A stretch of DNA of 64,000 nucleotides from Acidaminococcales bacterium (GTDB taxonomy: Bacteria > Bacillota > Negativicutes > Acidaminococcales > JAISLQ01), in NCBI GenBank assembly GCA_031290885.1, contig JAISLQ010000006.1, positions 39,639 through 103,638 of the forward strand, read 5' to 3'. How positions within the stretch are numbered: position 1 is the stretch's first letter; every line of letters begins with the position of its first letter. The notes beneath the pieces are model-generated. The model ran no database searches. It was not told the origin of the DNA and worked only from the letters and a program-made list of their open reading frames with translations. Made by a program: the position numbers and the translations under genes. Shown here piece by piece: positions 1 to 7,779 of this stretch.

Positions 1-650
1 GCAATGGGGCCGACCTGATCGAGCGAGGAAGCGAAAGCTACGCAGCCGTAACGCGAAACGCGCCCGTAAGTGGGTTTCAAGCCGACTGTGCCGGTAAAAG
101 CCGCCGGCTGGCGGATGGAGCCGCCGGTGTCGCTGCCCAGCGACCAGGCGGCTTCCCCGGCCGCCACGCCGGCCGCCGAGCCGCCGGAAGAGCCGCCCGG
201 CGTGCAGTCGGGCGCCCAAGGGTTTCTCGTCTTTTTAAAATAAGAAGTTTCGGTGGTCGAACCCATGGCGAATTCGTCCATATTTGCCTTGCCGATAAAT
301 ACGGCGTCGTTTTGTTTGAGTTTTGCGATGACCGTCGCGTCGTAGGGCGCGATGAAGTTGTCGAGGATGCGCGACGAACAGGTGGTTTTTACGCCTTTTA
401 TGCACAAAATATCTTTGATCGCGCCCGGAATGCCCGCCAAGGGGGCTATCGTCTCTCCCCGGGCGATTTTCGCGTCAACCAGGGCGGCGGTTTCCAGCGC
501 CGCCTGTTCGCACAAAGTAACGAACGCCCCGATTTTTGGTTCCACCTCAGCTATCCGATTCAAAAATTCCTTGGTCAGTTCAACCGAACTGACCTCTTTC
601 GCCCTTAACTTTTTGCCCAGTTCATGGGCGGGAAGGTTGCAAAGAGACAT
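1..650 (-). CDS. gatA: Glutamyl-tRNA(Gln) amidotransferase subunit A (N-terminal ~216 codons; the rest lies beyond the window start)
   Basis: Minus-strand translation from the ATG at 650-648 gives [38 protein letters not shown]. Further in it reads [52 protein letters not shown], the amidase signature. It directly abuts the gatC stop. It is absent from the ORF track because it runs off the window edge. Confidence 0.93.
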   Translation of the reverse strand, partial: MSLCNLPAHELGKKLRAKEVSSVELTKEFLNRIAEVEPKIGAFVTLCEQAALETAALVDAKIARGETIAPLAGIPGAIKDILCIKGVKTTCSSRILDNFIAPYDATVIAKLKQNDAVFIGKANMDEFAMGSTTETSYFKKTRNPWAPDCTPGGSSGGSAAGVAAGEAAWSLGSDTGGSIRQPAAFTGTVGLKPTYGRVSRYGCVAFASSLDQVGPI

Positions 651-950
651 TCAGGCGCCGCCCCCTTCCATGACGCGCGCTACCAGATAGCCGCCGCGAA
701 AGCGCTCGGGCGCGTTGGCCAATGCCTCCTCCTGCGTCAGGGGCGTCCCCGCGACGTCCTCGCGCATGACATTGCCGTAGGGCAGCACCTGCGCGGTCGG
801 CTCCACGTTTTCCGTGTCAAGTTTGCCGAGCATGCCGGCGTAGCCGAGAATGTCATTGAACTGCCGGACAAAAAGCTCCAAATTTTCCTCCGGTATCTCC
901 AGCCTGGCCAATCTGGCTATGTACTGAACTTCCTGCGCGCTTACCTTCAT
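651..950 (-). CDS. gatC: Glutamyl-tRNA(Gln) amidotransferase subunit C
   Basis: The 99-aa ORF MKVSAQEVQYIARLARLEIPEENLELF...VMREDV has typical GatC size and N-terminus. An AGGAGGG RBS lies upstream, and its stop adjoins the gatA start. Confidence 0.9.
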   Translation of the reverse strand: MKVSAQEVQYIARLARLEIPEENLELFVRQFNDILGYAGMLGKLDTENVEPTAQVLPYGNVMREDVAGTPLTQEEALANAPERFRGGYLVARVMEGGGA

Positions 951-1288
951 GGTTATACGCCCTCCTAAACTTGTCTTTAAATTTGCCCGGCGGCCGCCGC
1001 AAAAAAAACAAAAAGCGCGCGCTGCCGCAAAAACGGCGCGCCCTCGGCGGACGGCGGCGTGATTGCTTTAAGTATTATATCATAAATCGTCGCGCGTGAT
1101 AACCACCTGCTTTTTGGCCTTTATTAATATTAATGCAAAAGATATTGCGAGCTTCATGAATAATAATTCCGCGCAAGGCGATGAAAACGAATTTGCTTCA
1201 AGTTGTTTTTTACGGCTTTTATTTTCTATATTTGCTATATTAATATTATTATAAAAATTCTTTTTTTCAAATTTTTTATTTAAAACCC

Positions 1289-1318
1289 TTGACAATATTT
1301 TTTTATTTATAATATAAT
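1289..1318 (+). promoter_or_regulatory. Candidate sigma-70/SigA promoter for the DUF2294-like gene
   Basis: TTGACA at 1289-1294, an 18-nt spacer, then TATAAT at 1313-1318. It sits in a very AT-rich stretch about 40 nt upstream of the 1360 start. Confidence 0.5.
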
Positions 1319-1359
1319 AACGTATAAATAATACAGATGTTCGTTCTGAGAGGCCTGCA

Positions 1360-1713
1360 ATGAATGTCGAGGCTTTAGGCGGCGCACAGTTAAAGAAGAA
1401 GCTTTTCCGTATTTACAATGAAGTAAATAAAGATATTTACGGTTTCGGCGTAGTTGAAATTAAAATTGACATAACTGCCGATTTTATAATGTTCTTTGGC
1501 AAGCACAACCGTGTGCAAGCCCTGAAAGTATTGGAAAAAAGATATATTGTTCTCAAGCAATCTGTTGACTATGCGCTTTTCCAAGAATTTAAGTTGCTTT
1601 TGCGGCAGAAACTTAACGCGGAGTTGGAGTTGTATCCAGCAGCTATTTTGAGGGATTATGAAACCAGCTCGCAAATCGCCGTTACAGTAGTTGTCTTGGG
1701 GAATAATTTATAA
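1360..1713 (+). CDS. Small cytoplasmic protein, DUF2294-like (function unknown)
   Basis: The ORF is 117 aa. Its length and the alternating hydrophobic pattern (..IYGFGVVEIKIDITADFIMFF...LKQSVDYALFQEFKLLLRQKL...ILRDYETSSQIAVTVVVL) resemble my memory of DUF2294 proteins. It has its own promoter and terminator and is markedly AT-rich relative to its neighbours. Confidence 0.5.
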   Translation: MNVEALGGAQLKKKLFRIYNEVNKDIYGFGVVEIKIDITADFIMFFGKHNRVQALKVLEKRYIVLKQSVDYALFQEFKLLLRQKLNAELELYPAAILRDYETSSQIAVTVVVLGNNL

Positions 1714-1760
1714 AAAATGCAATGATGACTGTTTTTATAGCGTTTACGTTATGGGAAAGT

Positions 1761-1810
1761 CGTTATTAATACCGGTTAATCCCGGGTTTTAATAACGGCT
1801 TTTTGTTTTT
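1761..1810 (+). terminator. Rho-independent terminator after the DUF2294-like gene
   Basis: CGTTATTAA (1761-1769) pairs with TTAATAACG (1789-1797), followed by GCTTTTTGTTTTT. Confidence 0.6.
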
Positions 1811-1885
1811 GGCGGACGCCCGGCAACACGCCGCAATGGGAAAACAGGCAAAATGTTGCGTTATTTTTGACAAAGGAGCTTTGCC

Positions 1886-2455
1886 ATGCGCGTGGTAGTC
1901 GGCATAACCGGGGCGAGCGGCGCTGTCTATGCCTGCGCCTTGCTTGGCGCTCTCAACAGCCTGAATATTGACCTGGAGATTGTAGTGAGCGAAATGGGAC
2001 GGCGCGTGCTTTCGTATGAGTGCTCTGCCGGACTGGATGATTTAGCCCGATGGGGCGCGGTACACGACAACAGCGACCTTTTTTCGGTATTGGCCAGCGG
2101 TTCCGCAAAGTTTGACGCCATGGTGATAGTCCCCTGCTCCGCGAACACCTTAAGCGCCCTGGCCAACGGGCTCGGCGGCAGCTTGCTTTTGCGCGCGGCT
2201 TCCGTCGCGCTCAAAGAAAGGCGCAATCTTATCGTGGTGATGCGGGAAACTCCTCTAAACCTTATAATTGTTGAAAACATGGCGGCGCTGATAAAAGCCG
2301 GGGCGCTTATCCTGCCGGCGTCGCCGGGATTTTACACGCGGCCCGTAGAAATATGGCAGCTTGTGGGCGGCATAGTAGGGCGGATAATTGACAATCTCGG
2401 CATAGATCATGCTTTAGGCGAAAGGTGGACGGGCGGTGAATACAATGAGCCGTGA
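1886..2455 (+). CDS. ubiX: Flavin prenyltransferase UbiX (prFMN synthase)
   Basis: The 189-aa ORF carries MRVVVGITGASGAVYA, VIVPCSANTLSALANG, LKERRNLIVVMRETPL, PGFYTRP and a C-terminal ERWTGG. These are co-linear with E. coli UbiX motifs (GISGASGA, LKERRPLVLVPRETPL, PAFYHRP, RWQG). Confidence 0.9.
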   Translation: MRVVVGITGASGAVYACALLGALNSLNIDLEIVVSEMGRRVLSYECSAGLDDLARWGAVHDNSDLFSVLASGSAKFDAMVIVPCSANTLSALANGLGGSLLLRAASVALKERRNLIVVMRETPLNLIIVENMAALIKAGALILPASPGFYTRPVEIWQLVGGIVGRIIDNLGIDHALGERWTGGEYNEP

Positions 2456-3785
2456 TTTGCGCGGATTCTTGCTCAAACTGCAAGACAGCGGCCTTTTGCG
2501 CCGTGTAAAGAGGCGCGTCAGCTCTCAATATGAAATAGCCGCGCTTTTAAAGAACACCAAAGGCGAGATGCCGCTATGTTTTGAACAGGTAGACGACTAC
2601 AATTGTCCGCTGGTCGCCGGCATCGGCGGCACCCGCGAGTTGATGGCGCTGAGCGTGGGCGTTTCTCCCTGCGCTTTGCCGGAAGCTCTGGCTATGGCAA
2701 TCGCGGCGCCTTTGCCGGTGGAAACGGTCGTGTCCGCGCCTGTGCAGGAGCACGTGATAAAAGCGCCTTTTAACCTTGACGAGCATTTCCCTGTGTTAAG
2801 GTACAACCAGCTCGATCCGGCCGGATTTTTAGTCTCCGGCGTAATGGTAGCAAAATCCGTTTCCGGCGAGAAATTTTACACATCGATCAGAAGGATGCAG
2901 TATCTCGGCAAAAACCGCAGTTGCCTTTTGGTTACTTCTTACGAGATGCGAAAACAAATAAGCCGTTATGAGGAAATAAAAGAGCCTATGCCGGTAGCGT
3001 TTATGTTTGGCGTCAGTCCGGCGGTGGTTTTGGCGTCGCAGATAAGCACGCATTATTATAATGCCGATAAATTCGCGGTAACCGGCGCGCTTTTGGGAGA
3101 AAATAGCCGGACCGTAAAATGCCGGACGGTTGATTTGGCGGTTCTGGCAGACGCGGAAATGATCCTTGAGGGAAATCTTTATCCTTGGCGCAGAGAAAAA
3201 GAAGGCCCTTTCGGGGAACTCGGCGGTTATTACGGCGAAGTATCCGAGCAGCCGGTGGTGGAATTTAGCGCGCTTACTTTTCGAGACAATCCGATCGCGC
3301 AGACGATCTTGGCCGGAAGCTGCGAAGAAAAGCTGCCGGAGGCGATAGCGCGCGAAGTCGCGTTGCTGGCTGCGGTCAGTCAGACCGTGCCGTGCGTCAA
3401 GAAGGTGAACGTAACCATGGCGGGCGCGGGAAGGTTTCACGCGATCATACAACTTGACAAGCAAACCGGCGCCGACGGCAAACAGGCCCTATTGTCGGCG
3501 TTCAGCGCGGACAAGGATTTGAAACATGCGGTTGCGGTGGATATGGACGTAGACATTTTCAGCCCCGAAGACGTGGAATGGGCCATAGCCACCAGAGTGC
3601 AGGCCGATCAGGATGTTTTCATAATCTCCGGCGCCATGGGTTCGCCGCTGGATCCATCCCATCTTTTGCGGGGCGTAAGCGCAAAAATGGGAATAGACGC
3701 CACAGTGCCGATCGGCGGCCGCGGTTACGCCCGCACTCATATACCGGGCGAGGAGAATACGAATATCGAAGATTATATATCATGA
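2436..3785 (+). CDS. UbiD-family (prFMN-dependent) decarboxylase, substrate unknown
   Basis: The ORF is 449 aa. It has the N-terminal DLRGFLLKLQDSGLLRRVKR typical of the UbiD family and the metal/prFMN motif EGPFGELGGYYG. It overlaps the ubiX 3' end. The start is either GTG at 2436 or ATG at 2445. Confidence 0.85.
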   Translation: MNTMSRDLRGFLLKLQDSGLLRRVKRRVSSQYEIAALLKNTKGEMPLCFEQVDDYNCPLVAGIGGTRELMALSVGVSPCALPEALAMAIAAPLPVETVVSAPVQEHVIKAPFNLDEHFPVLRYNQLDPAGFLVSGVMVAKSVSGEKFYTSIRRMQYLGKNRSCLLVTSYEMRKQISRYEEIKEPMPVAFMFGVSPAVVLASQISTHYYNADKFAVTGALLGENSRTVKCRTVDLAVLADAEMILEGNLYPWRREKEGPFGELGGYYGEVSEQPVVEFSALTFRDNPIAQTILAGSCEEKLPEAIAREVALLAAVSQTVPCVKKVNVTMAGAGRFHAIIQLDKQTGADGKQALLSAFSADKDLKHAVAVDMDVDIFSPEDVEWAIATRVQADQDVFIISGAMGSPLDPSHLLRGVSAKMGIDATVPIGGRGYARTHIPGEENTNIEDYIS

Positions 3786-3800
3786 CGGCAGACGAAGGAG

Positions 3801-4094
3801 ATGGGCGCCGTGGCGGCGGGATTGTTGGAAACAAGGGGGCTGGCCGATGCTTTAGAGGCGCTCGATGCTATGCTGAAAGCTGCCGGCGTACGGCTATGCT
3901 TGATGAAACGGGTGGGCAGCGGCGTTGTTGCCATAGTGGTCAAAGGCGAGGTGGCGGCGGTGGAGGCCGCGGTAGAGGCCGGCGCGCGCAAAGTGTTGGC
4001 CGAGGGCGGGACATTGCTTTGTTCTTATGTCATCGCCAATCCTCATCCGGCATTGCGAAAATATCTGATTGGGGAGGCGAAAATAATTGAATGA
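3801..4094 (+). CDS. BMC-H shell protein (single Pfam00936-type BMC domain), divergent paralog 1
   Basis: The 97-aa ORF reads GLLETRGLADALEALDAMLKAAGV...KRVGSGVVAIVVKGEVAAVEAAVEAG...YVIANPHP. This matches the BMC-domain pattern (IET.G...A.DAM.KAA.V ... GSG ... GDV.AV.AA). The start may instead be GTG at 3810, because the GAAGGAG RBS abuts the 3801 ATG. Confidence 0.85.
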   Translation: MGAVAAGLLETRGLADALEALDAMLKAAGVRLCLMKRVGSGVVAIVVKGEVAAVEAAVEAGARKVLAEGGTLLCSYVIANPHPALRKYLIGEAKIIE

Positions 4095-4881
4095 GTTTGT
4101 GTCCGGAATAATAAGCGAATTGCTGTCGCCCGAGCATACGGGCGGGGAGATGCCGCCGCGCCCTAATTACCAGCGCGACAAAAACAAGAGGCGGACGGAA
4201 TGGGGAAACAATAACAAGCCGACCGGGCAAAGAGATAAATTTGCCGAAAACTACGCATTTTTGCGCCGTGCGGCTCTGACGCGCAATATACCGCCTTCGG
4301 TGGACGCGCCGGGCCTTAGGGCGGAAATCGCCGCGGCCGGCAGCCTTCCCTGGCGCGCGCTGATAATCGAGCAGCCAAGCGAATATTTGGCGCGCGATTT
4401 GAAACTGAGATGGAAGAATACGGACGCGATCGGATTGATCAAGGCGGAAACGGCCGGACTGTCCGCGTTGTTTGCCGTCGATGAGGCAATAAGCGCATTC
4501 GGGCTTACGAACAGCATATTCAGCTGCGATATTGAGCGCACGCAAAACTTGCATTTTTATTTCGCGGATGACAGCGCCACCGTGCGCAATGTCGTGGCAC
4601 GCTTCGCGCAAAAGGAAAACTTCAGCTTTTACATAGATGGCCTGCTGGTAAAGAAAAAGGTGTCCGCTTTTTTGAGCAGGTATATGAAAGTCAGCGCCCG
4701 CTTGCCGCTGGCAGCCCGGGAGTCGGTCGATGAATTGTCCATTTGGCCGAAGCTCAATAAATATTACACGGAAAACCGGGGCTGCCTTATAAATTTTAAA
4801 TTTGCAGCCGGCGCGCTTGTTGCCCAGGGGGACGAAGGAGAAATTTTAAAGGCGCTTGCGAGCGTAACCGGGGGGGCATGA
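4087..4881 (+). CDS. Uncharacterised 264-aa protein: N-terminal amphipathic helix, basic low-complexity linker and degenerate BMC-like domain(s)
   Basis: A TTG start at 4087 lies 9 nt after GGAGG (4073-4077) and overlaps the upstream stop. The N-terminus is MNEFVSGIISELLS, followed by PPRPNYQRDKNKRRTEWGNNNKPTGQRDKF. The middle segment AIGLIKAETAGLSALFAVDEAISAFGL...HFYFADDSATVRNVVARF aligns by eye to [26 protein letters not shown]...[18 protein letters not shown]. The C-terminal ALVAQGDEGEILKALASV is a second GD.G..-like motif. Its stop overlaps the next gene start in an ATGA. Confidence 0.6.
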   Translation: MNEFVSGIISELLSPEHTGGEMPPRPNYQRDKNKRRTEWGNNNKPTGQRDKFAENYAFLRRAALTRNIPPSVDAPGLRAEIAAAGSLPWRALIIEQPSEYLARDLKLRWKNTDAIGLIKAETAGLSALFAVDEAISAFGLTNSIFSCDIERTQNLHFYFADDSATVRNVVARFAQKENFSFYIDGLLVKKKVSAFLSRYMKVSARLPLAARESVDELSIWPKLNKYYTENRGCLINFKFAAGALVAQGDEGEILKALASVTGGA

Positions 4882-5165
4882 TTTTGCCTGGCAACGCTAT
4901 GGGTTTTATCGAAACGGTCGGTTACGCCGGCGCGCTTGTTGCGGCCGATTTCGCTTTGAAGAACGCGAACGTCAGGCTGGTAAAGATGGAACGGGTGATT
5001 GGAGCAAACAAGCTGCTGAGTCTGACCGTATGGCTGGAAGGCGAAGTGGCGGCCGTTCAGTCAGCGGTAGCTTCGGGAAAAACGGCGCTGGAGCAAAACG
5101 GCATGTTTGCCCGCGCACATGTCATACCCAATATGGACGCCGGCGCGCGCGCTTTATTCAAATGA
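4878..5165 (+). CDS. BMC-H shell protein, divergent paralog 2
   Basis: The 95-aa ORF reads MGFIETVGYAGALVAADFALKNANVRLV...ERVIGANKLLSLTVWLEGEVAAVQSAVASG...AHVIPNMD. This is a BMC-domain pattern with a longer, atypical pore loop. It is translationally coupled to the upstream gene through an ATGA overlap. Confidence 0.8.
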   Translation: MILPGNAMGFIETVGYAGALVAADFALKNANVRLVKMERVIGANKLLSLTVWLEGEVAAVQSAVASGKTALEQNGMFARAHVIPNMDAGARALFK

Positions 5166-5215
5166 TTGCAAAAACATAGATGCGCAAAAAAAGCAATAAA
5201 AGGGAGGAAAAGGAA

Positions 5216-5506
5216 ATGAAAGAAGCTTTGGGGTTAATTGAAACAAAAGGGCTGGTCGGGGCGATTGAAGCCGCCGACGCTATGGTCAAGGCGGCGAATG
5301 TGGAAATTACGGGCTATGAGAAAATTGGGTTCGGCCTTGTAACAATTATGATCCGCGGCGACGTCGGCGCGGTGAAAGCCGCTACCGACGCCGGCGCGGA
5401 CGCGGCCAGGCGGGTAGGGGAAGTTGTGTCCGTACATGTTATACCGCGCCCGCACAATGAAGTGGAAAAAGCCATTCTCCACTCCGCCGTCAAGCCCGAA
5501 GCCTGA
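5216..5506 (+). CDS. BMC-H shell protein, PduA/EutM-like canonical hexamer
   Basis: [85 protein letters not shown] is nearly co-linear with PduA. I chose the ATG at 5216, which follows an AAGGGAGGAAAAGG RBS. The ORF track begins upstream at 5180. Confidence 0.93.
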   Translation: MKEALGLIETKGLVGAIEAADAMVKAANVEITGYEKIGFGLVTIMIRGDVGAVKAATDAGADAARRVGEVVSVHVIPRPHNEVEKAILHSAVKPEA

Positions 5507-5544
5507 AAATGACCGTCCTGTAACCGGAATAAGCGGAGGGTGCC

Positions 5545-5808
5545 ATGAAAATAGGTCTTGTGATAGGTCAGGTCATCGCCACGCGCAAAGATGAAAAGTT
5601 AGTGGGCTGCAAGCTCTTGATAACGCAACCGTTAACGCCGGAGAAAAAACCGCGGGGAGAAACCGTCGTCGCGGTGGATTCCGTGGGCGCGGGAGTCGGG
5701 GAATATGTTCTTTATGTCTCCGGTTCAGTCGCGCCCAAAGCGCTGCGCGACTTTAATACGCCTATAGACGCGGTCATAGTCGGCATTATTGACAAAATAG
5801 AGTTGTGA
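5545..5808 (+). CDS. BMC-P vertex (pentamer) protein, EutN/CcmL/PduN family
   Basis: The 87-aa ORF MKIGLVIGQVIATRKDEKLVGCKLLI...VVAVDSVGAGVGEYVLYVSGS...PIDAVIVGIID matches the Pfam03319 pattern. A GGAGGG RBS precedes it. Confidence 0.88.
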   Translation: MKIGLVIGQVIATRKDEKLVGCKLLITQPLTPEKKPRGETVVAVDSVGAGVGEYVLYVSGSVAPKALRDFNTPIDAVIVGIIDKIEL

Positions 5809-5922
5809 AATGCCGCGCGTTCGGGAAACGGCGTGCGCCAATTTAAGCGGCGGGCAATTTTAAAGGTACAAAACTGTCCCTTAAAGGCCGAGAATATACC
5901 TGTGAGCTTGAAGGTGTGAAGA

Positions 5923-7770
5923 ATGAACGCTAATATAAACAAACGGGCGATACGCTTTCGCCGGATGATTGATACGCTATTGAGCGCGAACAAAAATGAG
6001 TGCGCCGACATAGTGCTGACCAACGGGCGTCTTGTAAATGTAATCACGCGCGAGATATATGCTGCCGATGTAGCGATCAAGGATGAATACATATTGCTGA
6101 CAGGCGATTGTTCCGGGGTTGCCGGCCCGCGCACCCGCATTATTGATTTATCCGGCGGATTCATCTGTCCCGGGTTCATTGACGCGCACATGCATTTTGA
6201 AAGTTCCATGCTTACTCTTTCCGAATTCAGTAAACTGTCGATCCTATCCGGCACGACCACTCTGATAGCGGATCCGCACGAGATAGCCAATGTAGCGGGC
6301 ATAGAAGGCATGCGCGCCATGATTGACGAAGCGGCCATGCTTCCTAATCGGATTCTTTTTACTATTCCCTGCATGGTTCCGGACGCTCCCGGGCTGGAAA
6401 CAGCCGGGGCCAGCGTAACGTCCGAAAACGTAGGGCTGCTCCTGGGACACGATTTGGTGCAAGGAATAGGCGAAATGCAGGGCTTTAGCAATGTAAAGCC
6501 GGTTTATGAACACGCGCCGTCGCTTATTGACGATTTATTGGCGAGCGTTTCTTTGGCTTCAGAGCTAAAAAAGACGGTGGAAGGCAACGCGCCCGGACTG
6601 TCCGGCCGGGATCTGGCGGCGCACATCCTGGCCTGCGGCGGCAACACTTCTTGCCATGAAACTACATCCAAGGCGGAATGTGTTGAAAAATTGAGAAACA
6701 ATATTACCGTGTTTATGCGCGAGGGTTCGACGCAAAAGAATATGGCCGAGTGCATAAAAGCGGTAACGGAAGACGGCCTGGACTCGCGCAAGTTGGTTTT
6801 GGCGACGGACGATATGCTGGCGCAGGATTTGCTTGATTGGGGACACATGAACGAGATTGTCCGAAGGACGATTGAGCAGGGCATCGATCCTGTGGAAGCG
6901 ATTCAAATGGCTACGATAAACGCCGCCGGGCATTTTGCTCTAAACGACATCGGGACGGTCGCGCCGGGGAAAATAGCCGATCTGGCGATTGTTGACGATC
7001 TTGCGAAAATGACGGTAAAAATGGTTTTGCTCAATGGCTCGGTCGCCGCCCGTGACGGCGAACTGCTACTTGCCATACCGCCCTACAAATACCCCGACCG
7101 TTTGAAACACACCATGCGCCGGGCGGACGTAAAATATGAAGATCTTTTTTGGCGGTCGGCTGAAGGCAACGAGAAAGTCGATGTGATAAAAGTCATTCCC
7201 AACCAAAACCTTACCGGCCGGGAGCAATGCGTCCTGCCGGTAAAAGACGGAATTATAGCGGCTGACCCCGGGCAGGACGCCATATATATTTTCGTTATAG
7301 AAAGACACGGCGCGGCCGGGCGGACAGGCAAGGGATTTGTCAAAGGGTTTGGGCTGGAAAAAGGCGCCATCGCTTTGAGCGTTGCGCATGACGCGCACAA
7401 TATAGTGGCTTGCGGCGTCAATTTGAATGACGTCGCGCTGGCGGCCAACCGGGTAATCAGAATGGGCGGCGGGGTCGCGCTCATTAACGAAAGCAAAGTT
7501 TTGGGGGACATGGCTTTGCCGGTAGCCGGCCTTATGACCGACGAACTGACCGGCCGCGAGGTTAGCGAAAAGATCGCCTCCTTGGAGCGGATAGCCGCCG
7601 AACAGCTTGGCTGCAAGCTGGCCGCGCCTTTTATGCACCTGTCTTTCCTGACGCTGGTAACCAGTCCGGAGCTGAAAATAAGCGACAAAGGGATGTTAGA
7701 TACGGTAAAACATGAGTTTTTGCATGGCGCGGAAAAAATTCCGCCCGAGCCGTTTATTTTAAAATCATAG
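5923..7770 (+). CDS. Adenine deaminase-family amidohydrolase (Ade-like; true substrate uncertain)
   Basis: The ORF is 615 aa. ADIVLTNGRLVNV...CPGFIDAHMHFESSML...GTTTLIADPHEIANVAG...GIGEMQGF...APGLSGRDLAAHI...SCHETT...FMREGSTQKNM is co-linear with the adenine deaminase family as I recall it. The segment before APG reads EGN, where I recall GH in canonical enzymes. Confidence 0.8.
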   Translation: MNANINKRAIRFRRMIDTLLSANKNECADIVLTNGRLVNVITREIYAADVAIKDEYILLTGDCSGVAGPRTRIIDLSGGFICPGFIDAHMHFESSMLTLSEFSKLSILSGTTTLIADPHEIANVAGIEGMRAMIDEAAMLPNRILFTIPCMVPDAPGLETAGASVTSENVGLLLGHDLVQGIGEMQGFSNVKPVYEHAPSLIDDLLASVSLASELKKTVEGNAPGLSGRDLAAHILACGGNTSCHETTSKAECVEKLRNNITVFMREGSTQKNMAECIKAVTEDGLDSRKLVLATDDMLAQDLLDWGHMNEIVRRTIEQGIDPVEAIQMATINAAGHFALNDIGTVAPGKIADLAIVDDLAKMTVKMVLLNGSVAARDGELLLAIPPYKYPDRLKHTMRRADVKYEDLFWRSAEGNEKVDVIKVIPNQNLTGREQCVLPVKDGIIAADPGQDAIYIFVIERHGAAGRTGKGFVKGFGLEKGAIALSVAHDAHNIVACGVNLNDVALAANRVIRMGGGVALINESKVLGDMALPVAGLMTDELTGREVSEKIASLERIAAEQLGCKLAAPFMHLSFLTLVTSPELKISDKGMLDTVKHEFLHGAEKIPPEPFILKS

Positions 7771-7779
7771 GCGCGGCCT

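Noticed and set aside
1080-1295. A 71-aa minus-strand ORF in the AT-rich region upstream of the DUF2294-like gene.
   Set aside because: It is Lys/Asn/Ile-rich as expected from AT-rich non-coding DNA. It overlaps the candidate promoter, and I see no RBS or recognisable family.
3578-4090. A 170-aa plus-strand ORF spanning the ubiD 3' end and the first shell gene. A related case is the 285-aa ORF at 44254-45111 inside comEC.
   Set aside because: These are alternative frames of confidently assigned genes with extreme Arg/Gly content, so I treat them as artefacts.
5923-6003. The N-terminal helix of the adenine-deaminase-like enzyme (NKRAIRFRRMIDTLLSANK) as a BMC encapsulation peptide.
   Set aside because: As far as I recall, free-standing adenine deaminases also have a helical segment of about 20-30 residues before the first conserved strand (..AD.V.KNG..). 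It is therefore probably part of the family fold and not an appended targeting peptide. It would need an alignment to revive the idea.
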